A stretch of DNA of 64,000 nt from Candidatus Saccharimonadia bacterium (GTDB lineage: Bacteria; Patescibacteriota; Saccharimonadia; UBA4664), in contig DATIIV010000033.1 of assembly GCA_035479295.1 (NCBI GenBank), positions 2,901-66,900 of the forward strand. The letters run 5' to 3'. This document shows, in pieces, positions 10,146 through 19,195 of this stretch. Below the pieces are notes generated by a model. It worked only from the letters and a program-made list of their open reading frames with translations. It searched no databases and had not been told where the DNA came from. How positions within the stretch are numbered: the stretch's first letter is position 1; the number at the start of each line of letters is the position of its first letter. Made by a program: the position numbers and the translations under genes.

Positions 10146-10400
10146 TTATTGCGCCAGGTCTTTCTTAATAATCTCTTTGCGAAGCCACATCCGATCAGCC
10201 CTAGCTACGTTGCCATCGAACGTTACGCCCAATAACTCACTAATCCAGGCCCGCACCTTAGCCGGAATGCTCTCGTTCCACGGCGCCGCACTAGCGGCCT
10301 GAGCCGACTGGCCTTGCCGTTGCAGTAGCTCCGCGTAGGCAATGATGCCGGCGTAGGCGTCTATATCTAAATAACGCGAGCCCGAGGTAACGATGCGCAT
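10146..10400 (-). pseudogene. Short DHH / family II pyrophosphatase-like ORF, probably internally deleted
   Basis: N-terminal DxD motif (YLDIDAYAGIIAYAELL) joined to a C-terminal-like WLRKEII; no DHH motif; only 84 aa. Confidence 0.55.
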
Positions 10401-10521
10401 GGTGCTTTCTGACCGTGATTAATGTCGGGCACAATAGTACCATTGGTTACGAGTTTTTGCACGTGCACACATAGGAATACATTGAGCAGTAGGCCCGACG
10501 TGCCGTATAGTTAATACACTT

Positions 10522-11358
10522 ATGCTTAAACCACGACCAGCCTGGCACATTGACGCAAAATGGGTCTGCGCCATCTTGCTCATGGGTTTGCTGGCGGTGA
10601 CATTGCCGGTGGTGGCGCTCTTTCGGTTGACGCAGATGGGGCCGGCCACCACCATCATTGCCTATACGCTGGTGGGGCTCACCAGCCCGCAGGGGATCGA
10701 TAGTCCGGCCGGCCTCGAAGAGCTGACGGCCAAGGTAGCGGCGACGGGTAGCGAGACGTTAACGGTGAGTGGTGTGGCGGTGACGATCACCCGAGCCGAC
10801 GTCCAAAAGCTGTCGCCGCGGCAGTTGCGGCTCAAAGTGTTTGGCGCCTTTGCAGCCGAGTTTTACCGGCTGGGCGCCAAAGGCGTGGCCGCGAGCCACC
10901 AGGCCAGCCCGGCCGACGCCACCAAGCTCCAGAGCGATGCGACCGCGCTCAGCTTCTTTACCAGCCAGAACCACGCGCGGATTGGCCTCGTGGCGGCGCT
11001 GCTAGTGGGCCTTAGCGCGCTGCTGACCGGGCTGCTAGTGCTCTTTAGTTACCGGGTGGGTCGGCTCGTGAGCCCCGGCCTGGTGCTTGGCTGGATGGGC
11101 GCGTCCGGGTTGGCGCTGGCGGCCGTAGCTACACACCTGGGCGCTCTACCGGCCGGCACCGCTCGTCCCGCCAGCGCCGACGGCCCCCTGGCGCTGGCCA
11201 GCGGCTTTGCTAACTATTTGGCGCCATTGGTGGTGCCGTACCTGGCTAGTACCTACCTGGCAGTGCTCGGCGCCGGGTTATTCCTGCTGGTATTGGCCGT
11301 GCTCGTTCGCCTGGTGATAGCAGTTAAGCGCCGCCGCTCGCCTCATTTACCCGCCTAA
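10522..11358 (+). CDS. Hypothetical membrane protein
   Basis: 278 aa, about four hydrophobic segments. Confidence 0.75.
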   Translation: MLKPRPAWHIDAKWVCAILLMGLLAVTLPVVALFRLTQMGPATTIIAYTLVGLTSPQGIDSPAGLEELTAKVAATGSETLTVSGVAVTITRADVQKLSPRQLRLKVFGAFAAEFYRLGAKGVAASHQASPADATKLQSDATALSFFTSQNHARIGLVAALLVGLSALLTGLLVLFSYRVGRLVSPGLVLGWMGASGLALAAVATHLGALPAGTARPASADGPLALASGFANYLAPLVVPYLASTYLAVLGAGLFLLVLAVLVRLVIAVKRRRSPHLPA

Positions 11359-11421
11359 GCTCATAATTTTTTATAATATCCTCCACATTACTAGCCACGC
11401 GCCTCCCGCTATAGTTGGGTC

Positions 11422-12324
11422 ATGGAATCGATTGGGCACGAAGCAAAGACCGTTCTGGTCACCGGTGGCGCCGGCCATGTGGGATCGCACGTCATCGAGC
11501 AGCTGCTGGCCCAGTATCCGGCCTATCGCGTCATCTCGCTCGACAACTACTCCAATGGCCATACCCTCAATCATATTGCCGGCGCCGAGTATCGGGCCGG
11601 CGACACCAAGAACATCGCTCGCGAGGTGCCGGAGCAGCCCGACATCGTCTACCACCTGGGCGAGTACGCTCGCATTGCGCCATCGTTTACTGAACCCGAG
11701 CGCGTCTACGAGCTCAATGTGCAGGGCACTTTTGCCGTCGCCGAGTTCTGTCGGCAGCGGGGCGCCAAGCTAGTTTATGCCGCCTCGAGCACCAAATTTG
11801 CCATTGAGGGCGATGGCCGCCACCAAAATCCGTACTCGTTTACCAAGGCCACCAATGTCGATCTGATCAACGATTATGGCCGTTGGTACAACCTGCCCTA
11901 TGCCATTTGCTATTTTTATAATGCTTATGGTCCGCGCGAAAAGGGCACCGGCCAGTACGCCACCCTCATCGCCAAGTTTGAGCAGAAATATCTGCGCGGC
12001 GAGCCGTTTACAGTGGTGCGTCCAGGCACGCAAAAGCGCAACTTTACCTATGTAGGTGATCTGGCGCGCGGCCTCATTCTAACGGGCGAGCGTGGCCAGG
12101 GTGATGGCTATGCGCTTGGTAATACCAACGGATTTTCCATTGTAGAAATAGCCGAAGCCTTTGGTGGGCCCATCGAGTACATCGACGGCTACCCAGGCCG
12201 GGCCGAGTCGGGCCAGGCGCCCACCAAGGCGCGCCAGGAGCTGGGCTGGGATACCACGGTGGATATTCTGGACTACATTCGCGACTTTGTGCGGGAGCAC
12301 CCGCGGGCGGGGATTAACCGCTGA
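11422..12324 (+). CDS. NAD-dependent epimerase/dehydratase (extended SDR)
   Basis: VTGGAGHVGS Rossmann motif, YSFTK (YxxxK), YNAYGPRE, RNFTYVGD. Confidence 0.92.
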   Translation: MESIGHEAKTVLVTGGAGHVGSHVIEQLLAQYPAYRVISLDNYSNGHTLNHIAGAEYRAGDTKNIAREVPEQPDIVYHLGEYARIAPSFTEPERVYELNVQGTFAVAEFCRQRGAKLVYAASSTKFAIEGDGRHQNPYSFTKATNVDLINDYGRWYNLPYAICYFYNAYGPREKGTGQYATLIAKFEQKYLRGEPFTVVRPGTQKRNFTYVGDLARGLILTGERGQGDGYALGNTNGFSIVEIAEAFGGPIEYIDGYPGRAESGQAPTKARQELGWDTTVDILDYIRDFVREHPRAGINR

Positions 12325-12865
12325 TCGCTATCAGTACAATGCTTAGGTGCGATAGATAGATGTAAGCCAGTTCGTAAATAATAAAGCGAGGTCGGTTTAC
12401 CATCATAGCAACAAAGAGGAGGGCCATGACTACCGCGAGTGTATACTCGGCCCAGCCCACCAGGCCGCTCTGTATCTGGGCAAAGAGAACAGCCAGCACG
12501 AACATAGCCACGCCCATGAGATAGGCAAAGATGCTGTGCGCTCGGCGAATCCAGCCATAAGTGGCCGGAAGTATACCCAGTACTATCTCGCTGAGGCACA
12601 TAACGAGAGCAGCGGCGCTAATCCCCGCCGAGGTGTGGCTGCGTGGCGCTACATAGAGCAGGAGCGTTAGCCCAAATAAAACTGAGCAGGGAAACAGAAT
12701 GAGCCGGAACACCAGCAGTCCTCGTGGTGATGCCGCGGCCATGTCGCTGAGTGGCCGTGGCTGAGCTGAATCATGCAGCCTCAGCGCGAGCCAAGTTAGG
12801 CCGGTCATCGAGACGATAGTGGCCAAAACGGCCGGATAGATCCAAATGGATGAGCTGAGCCTCAA
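12314..12865 (-). CDS. Hypothetical membrane protein (DUF998-like)
   Basis: Multiple TM segments, LSDMAA motif, AHSIFAY. Confidence 0.65.
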   Translation of the reverse strand: MRLSSSIWIYPAVLATIVSMTGLTWLALRLHDSAQPRPLSDMAAASPRGLLVFRLILFPCSVLFGLTLLLYVAPRSHTSAGISAAALVMCLSEIVLGILPATYGWIRRAHSIFAYLMGVAMFVLAVLFAQIQSGLVGWAEYTLAVVMALLFVAMMVNRPRFIIYELAYIYLSHLSIVLIAISG

Positions 12866-12866
12866 T

Positions 12867-13400
12867 TTACCGCCGCCGTTGATAGACCAGCAGACTTACT
12901 ATCGTCAGCGCCGTTACTGCAAAGCCAATTGCGGCCGCCATCACCACTGGAGAGGTTGACGGTGCAGCGCCCCGGCCCACGCGCACATCGTAAGCCAGGC
13001 TAAACGGCTGAAACTCTCCTGCCTGCCGCGGCTTGCTCTGGAGTGTTATATCGTAGACTACCGGCCGCGGAAAGGTGTAGACGACCTCAAGCATTGACGT
13101 TCGCGGAGCCTCCTGGGCCGTAATTGGCCGGTCCATCAGGGTGCGATCGCCGTCCTTAATAACGAGGCGGCAGTCGCAGGCGGCGGCGGTAAACTTATGC
13201 TCAGAATCGGTTAGGCTAAACCACAGTCCTGTTTTCTGCCCGGCCGTCGGCTCGTCATCTGGGTTAATGTGGAGCAGCGCCTTAATGGCGCCATCGGCCT
13301 CCAGCGTGTGAGCCGATGCCACCAGCGGCCAGCCAGCACCCCAAATTATGGCTATGAGGAGCCCGAGAATGGCAAATTGACGTAGCTTCATGTCTGGCAT
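12867..13400 (-). CDS. Hypothetical exported protein with C-terminal membrane anchor
   Basis: Signal peptide ending ASA|H, LLHINPDDEP, CDC, C-terminal TM then RRR; start may be at 13391. Confidence 0.75.
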   Translation of the reverse strand: MPDMKLRQFAILGLLIAIIWGAGWPLVASAHTLEADGAIKALLHINPDDEPTAGQKTGLWFSLTDSEHKFTAAACDCRLVIKDGDRTLMDRPITAQEAPRTSMLEVVYTFPRPVVYDITLQSKPRQAGEFQPFSLAYDVRVGRGAAPSTSPVVMAAAIGFAVTALTIVSLLVYQRRR

Positions 13401-13424
13401 TGTAGCAAGCGGGCCAGAATGTCG

Positions 13425-13736
13425 CTAACGAATGACCAGCAGAGCCACAAACGTCAGCATGAGCAGCACCAAGAACGATGCCATGGTGTAGCCCAGCAAC
13501 TCCAGCGCCGCTCGCTTCTTGCCGTCGATGTACCACATGAGTGGTTGGCCAAATACCAAAATGCCCATTAACGCCGCTGAAAAGACCAGCAGCATAAGTG
13601 CCGCGACCGGTGCTAGCGCCGTGTCCTTCTGCCCAAAGATGCGCGAGGCGTTCGACATAAAGAGCCCCACCGCCGTAATGTAGGCGAATGCCGCCAAGGC
13701 ATTGGTGGCTGCTCGTTTGACGATAGTTGATTTCAT
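13425..13736 (-). CDS. Small hypothetical membrane protein (3 TM)
   Basis: Hydrophobic 103-aa ORF; TATAAT 7 nt before ATG. Confidence 0.8.
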   Translation of the reverse strand: MKSTIVKRAATNALAAFAYITAVGLFMSNASRIFGQKDTALAPVAALMLLVFSAALMGILVFGQPLMWYIDGKKRAALELLGYTMASFLVLLMLTFVALLVIR

Positions 13737-13837
13737 GGGCTTATTATAGCGGCAAAGCGATAAAGAGACTATAAGGAAGTCCTTGCGTTCGATAAAATAT
13801 AACCGAAACTAACCACCCACCAAGGACAACAACCTCC

Positions 13838-14272
13838 ATGCCAACGATCAACCCCTACATCAACTTCAACGGCAATGCCGAAGAAGCCTTTAATTTTTAC
13901 AGATCGGTGTTCGGGGGAGAGTTCGAAACGATTATACGCTTCAAAGATCTCAAAAGCCCGGAGCTTCCTATAGCCGAAAACGAGGCCAATAACATTATGC
14001 GCATTACGTTGCCTATCGGAGAAAACACGCTCATAGCCAATGATGTGCCCGAGAGTATGGGGCCAGTCAATGAGCAAGAGAATCGGTCTAAGATATCGGT
14101 TAGCGCGCAAAGCCGGGCCGAAGCCGACAAAATCTTCGCGGGGCTTACGCCGGGCGGAACGATTGAAATGCCGCTGAGCGATAGTCCGTGGGGTACTTAT
14201 TTTGGAATGTTTAGGGACAAATTTGGTATTGAGTGGACGGTGGAATTCGAAGGAGACAAGAAAGAAGCCTGA
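13838..14272 (+). CDS. VOC / PhnB-like glyoxalase-superfamily protein
   Basis: INPYINFNGNAEEAFNFYRSVFGGE; PWGTYFGMFRDKFGIEW. Confidence 0.92.
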   Translation: MPTINPYINFNGNAEEAFNFYRSVFGGEFETIIRFKDLKSPELPIAENEANNIMRITLPIGENTLIANDVPESMGPVNEQENRSKISVSAQSRAEADKIFAGLTPGGTIEMPLSDSPWGTYFGMFRDKFGIEWTVEFEGDKKEA

Positions 14273-14300
14273 TTGAGGCTTCTTTTCGTTGGATAGTTCC

Positions 14301-14330
14301 TGGCTCCGCATAGTGAAGGACGTTAGAACC
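14301..14330. repeat. tRNA-Asn 3'-end-like (att-like) site A
   Basis: TTCC-TGGCTCCG matches the tRNA-Asn 3' end and flank; 27/30 identical to 16973-17002; preceded by a terminator hairpin at about 14260-14286. Confidence 0.75.
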
Positions 14331-14372
14331 GTTGTGTCGTCTTTAGCGCTTAACATAAGCAAAATATTTATT

Positions 14373-14443
14373 TGTTTACATTCAACTTGCCAATGTAAAC
14401 AAAACAGGCTATTCTGTTTACGTTAACTAACGAGATGTAAACA
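14373..14443 (+). promoter_or_regulatory. Two tandem inverted-repeat operators overlapping the fic promoter
   Basis: TGTTTACA-N13-TGTAAACA (14373-14401) and TGTTTACG-N13-TGTAAACA (14415-14443); TTGCCA-17-TATTCT promoter within. Confidence 0.75.
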
Positions 14444-14449
14444 AACCGT

Positions 14450-15610
14450 ATGAGTGTCATAGGCAACTACCGAAAGCAGCCGAAAGGCTTTAACGCTTTT
14501 ATTCCTAATTCATTTCCCCCGACGGAAGAGATTGCGATATCAAGGGAATTGTCTCAGAAACATACTGAGGCCGTTAGGCTCGTGGGCAAGCTAGACGGTA
14601 TTACCGAATTGCTCCCAGACAAAGATTATTTCTTGGAAATGTTTGTTCGCAAAGATGCATCTTCTTCAAGTCAGATAGAGGGAACAAAAGCCACGATGAT
14701 GGACGCCATTGAAGCGGCCAACATCGAGCGTGGATCAGATCTTCCCGATGACGTTGATGATATTCTTCATTACATTAATGCATTAAATTTCGGGCTCAAG
14801 CGCGCAAAGGAGCTCCCATTAAGCCTGCGGCTTATTCAGGAGCTGCATGAAAAACTCATGACCGACGCGCGAAGCACACATAACGCTTATCCGGGAGAAT
14901 TCCGCCGTAGCCAAAACTGGATTGGTGGAACAAGACCAGATAACGCCCGATTTGTGCCGCCTCCGGTTCATGAAATGAAGCAAGCGCTAGGCGAGCTTGA
15001 GAACTTCGTGTATGGAGAAGACAACTACCCTCCACTCATCAAGGCGGGACTGATTCACGCTCAATTTGAGACTATCCACCCTTTTGCAGATGGTAACGGG
15101 AGAACGGGGCGTATGCTGGTCACTATGTATTTATGGCAGCTTAAGCTACTTGAGATGCCGCTCCTATATCTTTCGGCTTACTTCAAGCAGCACCAGGACG
15201 CGTATTACGAGCGGCTCAATGGCTACCATTCGAAGGACGGGCATATCGATAGGTGGTTAGATTTTTTCATGGACGGGCTGATTGACACTGCCAAGTCGGC
15301 TATTACGACGTGCCAGAAAATCACCGCTTTGCGGGAGGAAGATATGCGTAAGGTGCAGCAACTCGGACGCGTATCGGCCCCGACCACAATCGAAGTGCTC
15401 AGAAACCTTTACAGGTTGCCCACCGTGGGCGTCGCAGATATTGCGGAGTGGACGGGCTTCACGCGCCCTGGAGCCTACAAGATGATAGATCGATTGGTAA
15501 AGATGGAAATACTTAGCCCCATCAAGGAACCGGGTTCTTATGGGCAGAAGTATACATATCGCAGATATGTCGAACTGTTTACTGATGAATCAAACGAAAA
15601 AGAGGCTTGA
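14450..15610 (+). CDS. Fic-family protein with C-terminal HTH
   Basis: Fic motif HPFADGNGRTGR; N-terminal inhibitory SSQIEG; C-terminal wHTH-like VADIAEWTGFTRPGAYKMIDRL. Confidence 0.95.
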   Translation: MSVIGNYRKQPKGFNAFIPNSFPPTEEIAISRELSQKHTEAVRLVGKLDGITELLPDKDYFLEMFVRKDASSSSQIEGTKATMMDAIEAANIERGSDLPDDVDDILHYINALNFGLKRAKELPLSLRLIQELHEKLMTDARSTHNAYPGEFRRSQNWIGGTRPDNARFVPPPVHEMKQALGELENFVYGEDNYPPLIKAGLIHAQFETIHPFADGNGRTGRMLVTMYLWQLKLLEMPLLYLSAYFKQHQDAYYERLNGYHSKDGHIDRWLDFFMDGLIDTAKSAITTCQKITALREEDMRKVQQLGRVSAPTTIEVLRNLYRLPTVGVADIAEWTGFTRPGAYKMIDRLVKMEILSPIKEPGSYGQKYTYRRYVELFTDESNEKEA

Positions 15611-15669
15611 AAAAGCCTCTTTTTAAACATAAGTTCTTTGGCTCCCCCTAGCCAACTTGTTCCCGAACC
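15596..15669. repeat. Terminator hairpin plus tRNA-Asn 3'-end-like site B
   Basis: AAAAAGAGGCTT-GAA-AAGCCTCTTTTT, then TGGCTCC at 15639 and GAACC 19 nt later. Confidence 0.6.
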
Positions 15670-15756
15670 GAGAGGTTGAGCTGGAAAGCGACCTGTCCGC
15701 AACGGAAAAGCTAATTTCCAGCCTCGGCCTGGCTCTAAGCTGATAAAATCAATCCT

Positions 15757-16257
15757 ATGAAAACTATCTGCTCACTCGTAATTTCTGCCGACGGCCTCAT
15801 CGCCTATCCCGATGGCCGAAGCGTCTCATCCGACTACAACTGGCAAGTCTTCCAGCGTGAGGCTCACGACCACAACAACTTTATCGTCGGTCGGCGCACT
15901 TTTGAGCTGGCTACAGATGCGCTGGCCCAAGTTAAGTGCGACCACAAAATCATCGTTTCATCTCGCGCCGATCTGACTATCCCGCCAGGCTTCACTGTAG
16001 CCGCCACACCCCAGGCTGCCCTTGGCCATCTCAAAGACAAGGTCGAAGCCACCTACCTCGTCGGCGGTGCGGGCATCAATACTAGCTTTGCGGCTGCTGG
16101 TCTCATTGATGAGCTGGTCCTAACGGTCGAGCCAAAAGTGATTGGAGCAGGGGAGCATATGTTTTCGAGCGCCTTGAATGATGTAAAGCTGGAATTGCTA
16201 GAGTCTGAGCCTTTGCCAGACAATCGCATCCGCCTAAGCTATAGGATTGCCAAATGA
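15757..16257 (+). CDS. Dihydrofolate reductase / RibD C-terminal family protein
   Basis: ISADGLIA, IVGRRTFE, LVGGAGIN, GLIDELVLTVEPKVIGAG. Confidence 0.88.
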   Translation: MKTICSLVISADGLIAYPDGRSVSSDYNWQVFQREAHDHNNFIVGRRTFELATDALAQVKCDHKIIVSSRADLTIPPGFTVAATPQAALGHLKDKVEATYLVGGAGINTSFAAAGLIDELVLTVEPKVIGAGEHMFSSALNDVKLELLESEPLPDNRIRLSYRIAK

Positions 16258-16850
16258 CCAAATACGTCGTAAATTCTGGCGGCATCTTTAATGGCGGCGA
16301 CATGGGCCGCGCCTTTTTCAACGAGGTCATCAAAGGCTTAGGCTCAAGCCCCATCATCCTCATGTGCTTTTTCGCTAGCCCACGCGAAGAGTGGCAAGAG
16401 AGGTTTCCTAAATACACCGATGGCTTTAAGGCTGTTCTCTCGGATAGGGTTGACCCAACGTTTGAATTAGCCTTGCCCGAAAAGTTCGCGGCGCAAGTAG
16501 CCGCGTGTGATGCCCTCTACATGCACGGCGGCGACAACGACCGCATTATGACTGCATTGCGCCAATACGACCTGCCAAAAACGTGGGACAACAAGGTTGT
16601 AGCCACCAATTCGGCCAGCTCAATCGCTTTAGCGGCCCACTCATGGACCTGCGACGAGCGCAAATGTGTTAATGGCTTGGGCATCTTACCTATCAGGTTC
16701 ATCGCCCATTACCAATCAAATTATGGGGCTGACGACCCACGCGGGCCGATCGACTGGCAAAAAGGCTACGATGAATTGGCCGCCTATGGCGGTCAAAGCC
16801 TCCCCATCTACGCGCTCAAAGAAGGCGAGCTTAAAGTATTTGAGGGTTAG
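16254..16850 (+). CDS. Peptidase E (S51) / class I glutamine amidotransferase-like protein
   Basis: LYMHGGDN, TNSASS nucleophile elbow, GLGILP..FIAHY; ATGA overlap with the upstream gene. Confidence 0.75.
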   Translation: MTKYVVNSGGIFNGGDMGRAFFNEVIKGLGSSPIILMCFFASPREEWQERFPKYTDGFKAVLSDRVDPTFELALPEKFAAQVAACDALYMHGGDNDRIMTALRQYDLPKTWDNKVVATNSASSIALAAHSWTCDERKCVNGLGILPIRFIAHYQSNYGADDPRGPIDWQKGYDELAAYGGQSLPIYALKEGELKVFEG

Positions 16851-16972
16851 CCACTCGACTAGAGTGAGCTAGCGCGACACGGCTCGTTTTATAGCCTCAA
16901 AGACGACGCTGAAATAAGTGTTGCCATGAGGCACATATCGATTTGATGGCTTCTTGCGTAAAAAATGATAAC

Positions 16973-17002
16973 TGGCTCCGGATCGTGGAGGACGTTAGAA
17001 CC
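16973..17002. repeat. tRNA-Asn 3'-end-like (att-like) site C
   Basis: CTGGCTCCGGA identical to the tRNA 3' end region; TGGCTCCGGATCGTGGAGGACGTTAGAACC is 27/30 identical to site A. Confidence 0.75.
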
Positions 17003-17034
17003 ACCGGAAAACGATCGTTGATACCCCCTCATGG

Positions 17035-17388
17035 CTATATAAGCATGTAGGAATATGCCAACAGCGTTACCGTGCCACCTAGGAGCGCTGCCAGGCCAAG
17101 AATTACGAGGGTCACGAACTTATCATCACGCATAGTTTTCTTGCTCGTTAGCACCAGCGGCAATGCCCCCAGGAGCGCAAATCCCCAGTAAACGACTTGC
17201 GCCAGGCCATCGCTACTATGATAGGGGGCAACTGCGCTACTGCAGTGATTGCCGCAATCGAGGTGACCTATGTCGGCGCCCCAAATGATCAAAAAGAAAG
17301 CCAGAGCGCCCACCGCCAAACAGCAGGCAAACAAAAAACCGAGGGATAAGAGGATGCCGAGAACAGAGGGTTTCTGAGGCTCTTTCAT
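17035..17388 (-). CDS. Small hypothetical membrane protein
   Basis: Start moved to MKEPQKP (TATACT 8 nt upstream); three hydrophobic segments. Confidence 0.65.
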   Translation of the reverse strand: MKEPQKPSVLGILLSLGFLFACCLAVGALAFFLIIWGADIGHLDCGNHCSSAVAPYHSSDGLAQVVYWGFALLGALPLVLTSKKTMRDDKFVTLVILGLAALLGGTVTLLAYSYMLI

Positions 17389-17404
17389 TATGGTTAAGTA
17401 TAGC

Positions 17405-17430
17405 AAAAAAGAGACCTTAAGCCTCTTTTT
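17405..17430 (-). terminator. Terminator of tRNA-Asn
   Basis: Minus strand AAAAAGAGGC-TTAAG-GTCTCTTTTTT. Confidence 0.65.
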
Positions 17431-17443
17431 GATAAATAATTCC

Positions 17444-17518
17444 TGGCTCCGGAGGTCGGGCTCGAACCGACGACCCAACGGTTAACAGCCGTTTGCTCTA
17501 CCACTGAGCTACTCCGGA
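17444..17518 (-). tRNA. tRNA-Asn (GTT)
   Basis: Cloverleaf TCCGGAG..GCTC/GAGC..AACGG-CTGTTAA-CCGTT..GTCGG-TTCGAGC-CCGAC-CTCCGGA-G-CCA, 75 nt. Confidence 0.97.
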
Positions 17519-17637
17519 TCACCTTTTGTACCAGCCGATTATACCTAGGGGTGGGCGATTGGTCAATGTGGTGGGGCGGCCGAGTGGCCGGCGCCTCGCA
17601 ACTTTACAGTCCCGCTCCAACCGGCTACGATTCAGAT

Positions 17638-18171
17638 ATGTCAAAGCGGTTGTTGTTAATTTTGGCCATTGTATTAGTGGCGGGCGGATTGTATGTGCGC
17701 GCACAGAACCAACGCCAGGCGCAGAAGCTGGCCGATGTGCTGGTGGCGGCCGATAAAGCCGCTCAGGATACCAAGGTGCCGCTGCAGAGCCTACGTGATT
17801 ACGTGGCGGCGCACATGGGCGCTCGGACTACGGTGACGCTGCAGGCGGCCTACGACCGAGCAGTGGCCGCGGCCAAGGCCCAGGCCAACGCGCAGGCGGC
17901 CAACGATCAGGTGTATGCCGACGCTCAGCGAGCCTGCATGAGCAAGGCCGACTCATTGGTGCAGGCGCACTGCAATCAGCAGTATTTGGCCAACCACCTG
18001 GTGGCCCTGCCGCCGGCCGGCCCTGTAGCGGCGCCCAAGCTGGCCGATTATCGGTACAATTTGCGCGCACCACTGTGGACGCCTGACTTGGCTGGCGCGC
18101 TGCTGCTGGGCGCCGCCGTGGCGCTGGCTTGGCTTGGCCTTAAGCTGCTGCGGCTGAGGCGCCGACGATGA
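17638..18171 (+). CDS. Hypothetical membrane-anchored protein
   Basis: Start at MSKRLLLIL; N- and C-terminal TMs, Cys pair, WTPDLAG. Confidence 0.8.
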   Translation: MSKRLLLILAIVLVAGGLYVRAQNQRQAQKLADVLVAADKAAQDTKVPLQSLRDYVAAHMGARTTVTLQAAYDRAVAAAKAQANAQAANDQVYADAQRACMSKADSLVQAHCNQQYLANHLVALPPAGPVAAPKLADYRYNLRAPLWTPDLAGALLLGAAVALAWLGLKLLRLRRRR

Positions 18172-18770
18172 CCTGGCAAGATCTGCTGCGCCGGTTTGGG
18201 CGCGTACTGCGGCCCACCTTGGCGCAGGCGCTGGGTGCCATCTTTTTGGCGCTGGCCACACTCACCTTGGCTCAGACTCAGTCGATCTTTGCCCGGCTCG
18301 GTATTAGCCAGGAGGCCGTGACCGCCACCCATAACCAGGTGTTGATGCGGTTTGGGGTGATTCTGGAGTCGTCGATTACGGCCAACGTGGCGCTGGTGAC
18401 GTTCTGGGCCACCGTCGGCCTCATCGCCTATCTGGTGTGCTGGGGGCTGTACAACGTTATCATCGAAGCGCGCAATGAAGTGACCCTGGAGACGCAGTAC
18501 ATGAACCGCGGTCACTGGCATGGGGCAGTGGAGACGCTGGCGCTCAAAGCCGTGGCCGGGGTGATTCTCATGCTCTACGTCGGCGCCTTTAAGTATGGCC
18601 TCTCGCTCTGGCTGGCCCTGGCGTCGGCGCCGTTGGATGACCTTTCGACCATGAGTGTGCTTATGGCGGTCCTCGGCGTTCTTGGTTTTGCATCGCAATT
18701 ATATGGCCTTTTAGTGCTCGTTCAATTGACAATTACCCCCTGGTATCGCAAAAAAGCGTTTACAGCGTGA
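18168..18770 (+). CDS. Hypothetical multi-pass membrane protein
   Basis: ATGA overlap with the previous gene; four hydrophobic segments. Confidence 0.8.
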   Translation: MTWQDLLRRFGRVLRPTLAQALGAIFLALATLTLAQTQSIFARLGISQEAVTATHNQVLMRFGVILESSITANVALVTFWATVGLIAYLVCWGLYNVIIEARNEVTLETQYMNRGHWHGAVETLALKAVAGVILMLYVGAFKYGLSLWLALASAPLDDLSTMSVLMAVLGVLGFASQLYGLLVLVQLTITPWYRKKAFTA

Positions 18771-18872
18771 CGAATATAGGCTACACTTTCACCCGTAAGT
18801 ATTAATCGTCCCGAAGACGATCGTCGTCCCAGCCCTGAGCTTGGCGATACATAATAAGCGGAGCCAAGTTAC

Positions 18873-19133
18873 GTGGCCAAGAAACTGTTCGTCGGCAACC
18901 TGCCGTATACACTAACCAATGAGGAACTCGCCGAGTTCTTCGCTAAGTTCGGTGAGGTCGAGGAGGCTACGGTCATCATGGACCGTGCCACCGGCCGCTC
19001 CAAGGGCTTTGGTTTCGTCTCGATGCCTGACGACAACGCCGCCGACACCGCTATCGCCCAGGGCGACGGTGCCGACCTCGACGGTCGCAAGCTGACCGTC
19101 AGCGAGGCCCGTCCCAAGGCCGACGCTCGCTAG
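18873..19133 (+). CDS. RRM (RNP-1) RNA-binding protein
   Basis: KLFVGNL (RNP2), RSKGFGFVSM (RNP1), LTVSEARP. Confidence 0.96.
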   Translation: MAKKLFVGNLPYTLTNEELAEFFAKFGEVEEATVIMDRATGRSKGFGFVSMPDDNAADTAIAQGDGADLDGRKLTVSEARPKADAR

Positions 19134-19147
19134 GTTAACGCCTCAGC

Positions 19148-19179
19148 ACTAAAAAAGACCCGCCAGGGTCTTTTTTAGT
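19148..19179. terminator. Bidirectional intrinsic terminator
   Basis: ACTAAAAAAGACCC-GCCA-GGGTCTTTTTTAGT between convergent genes. Confidence 0.9.
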
Positions 19180-19195
19180 TGGGCCGGCTGGTATT

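Noticed and set aside
13769-14362. 197-aa minus-strand ORF
   Set aside because: Antisense to the clear PhnB/VOC gene and crosses the att-like site.
14301-17450. CRISPR or classical attC interpretation of the repeats
   Set aside because: Spacing is 0.5-1.3 kb, there are no cas or intI genes, and there is no RYYYAAC..GTTRRRY palindromic structure.
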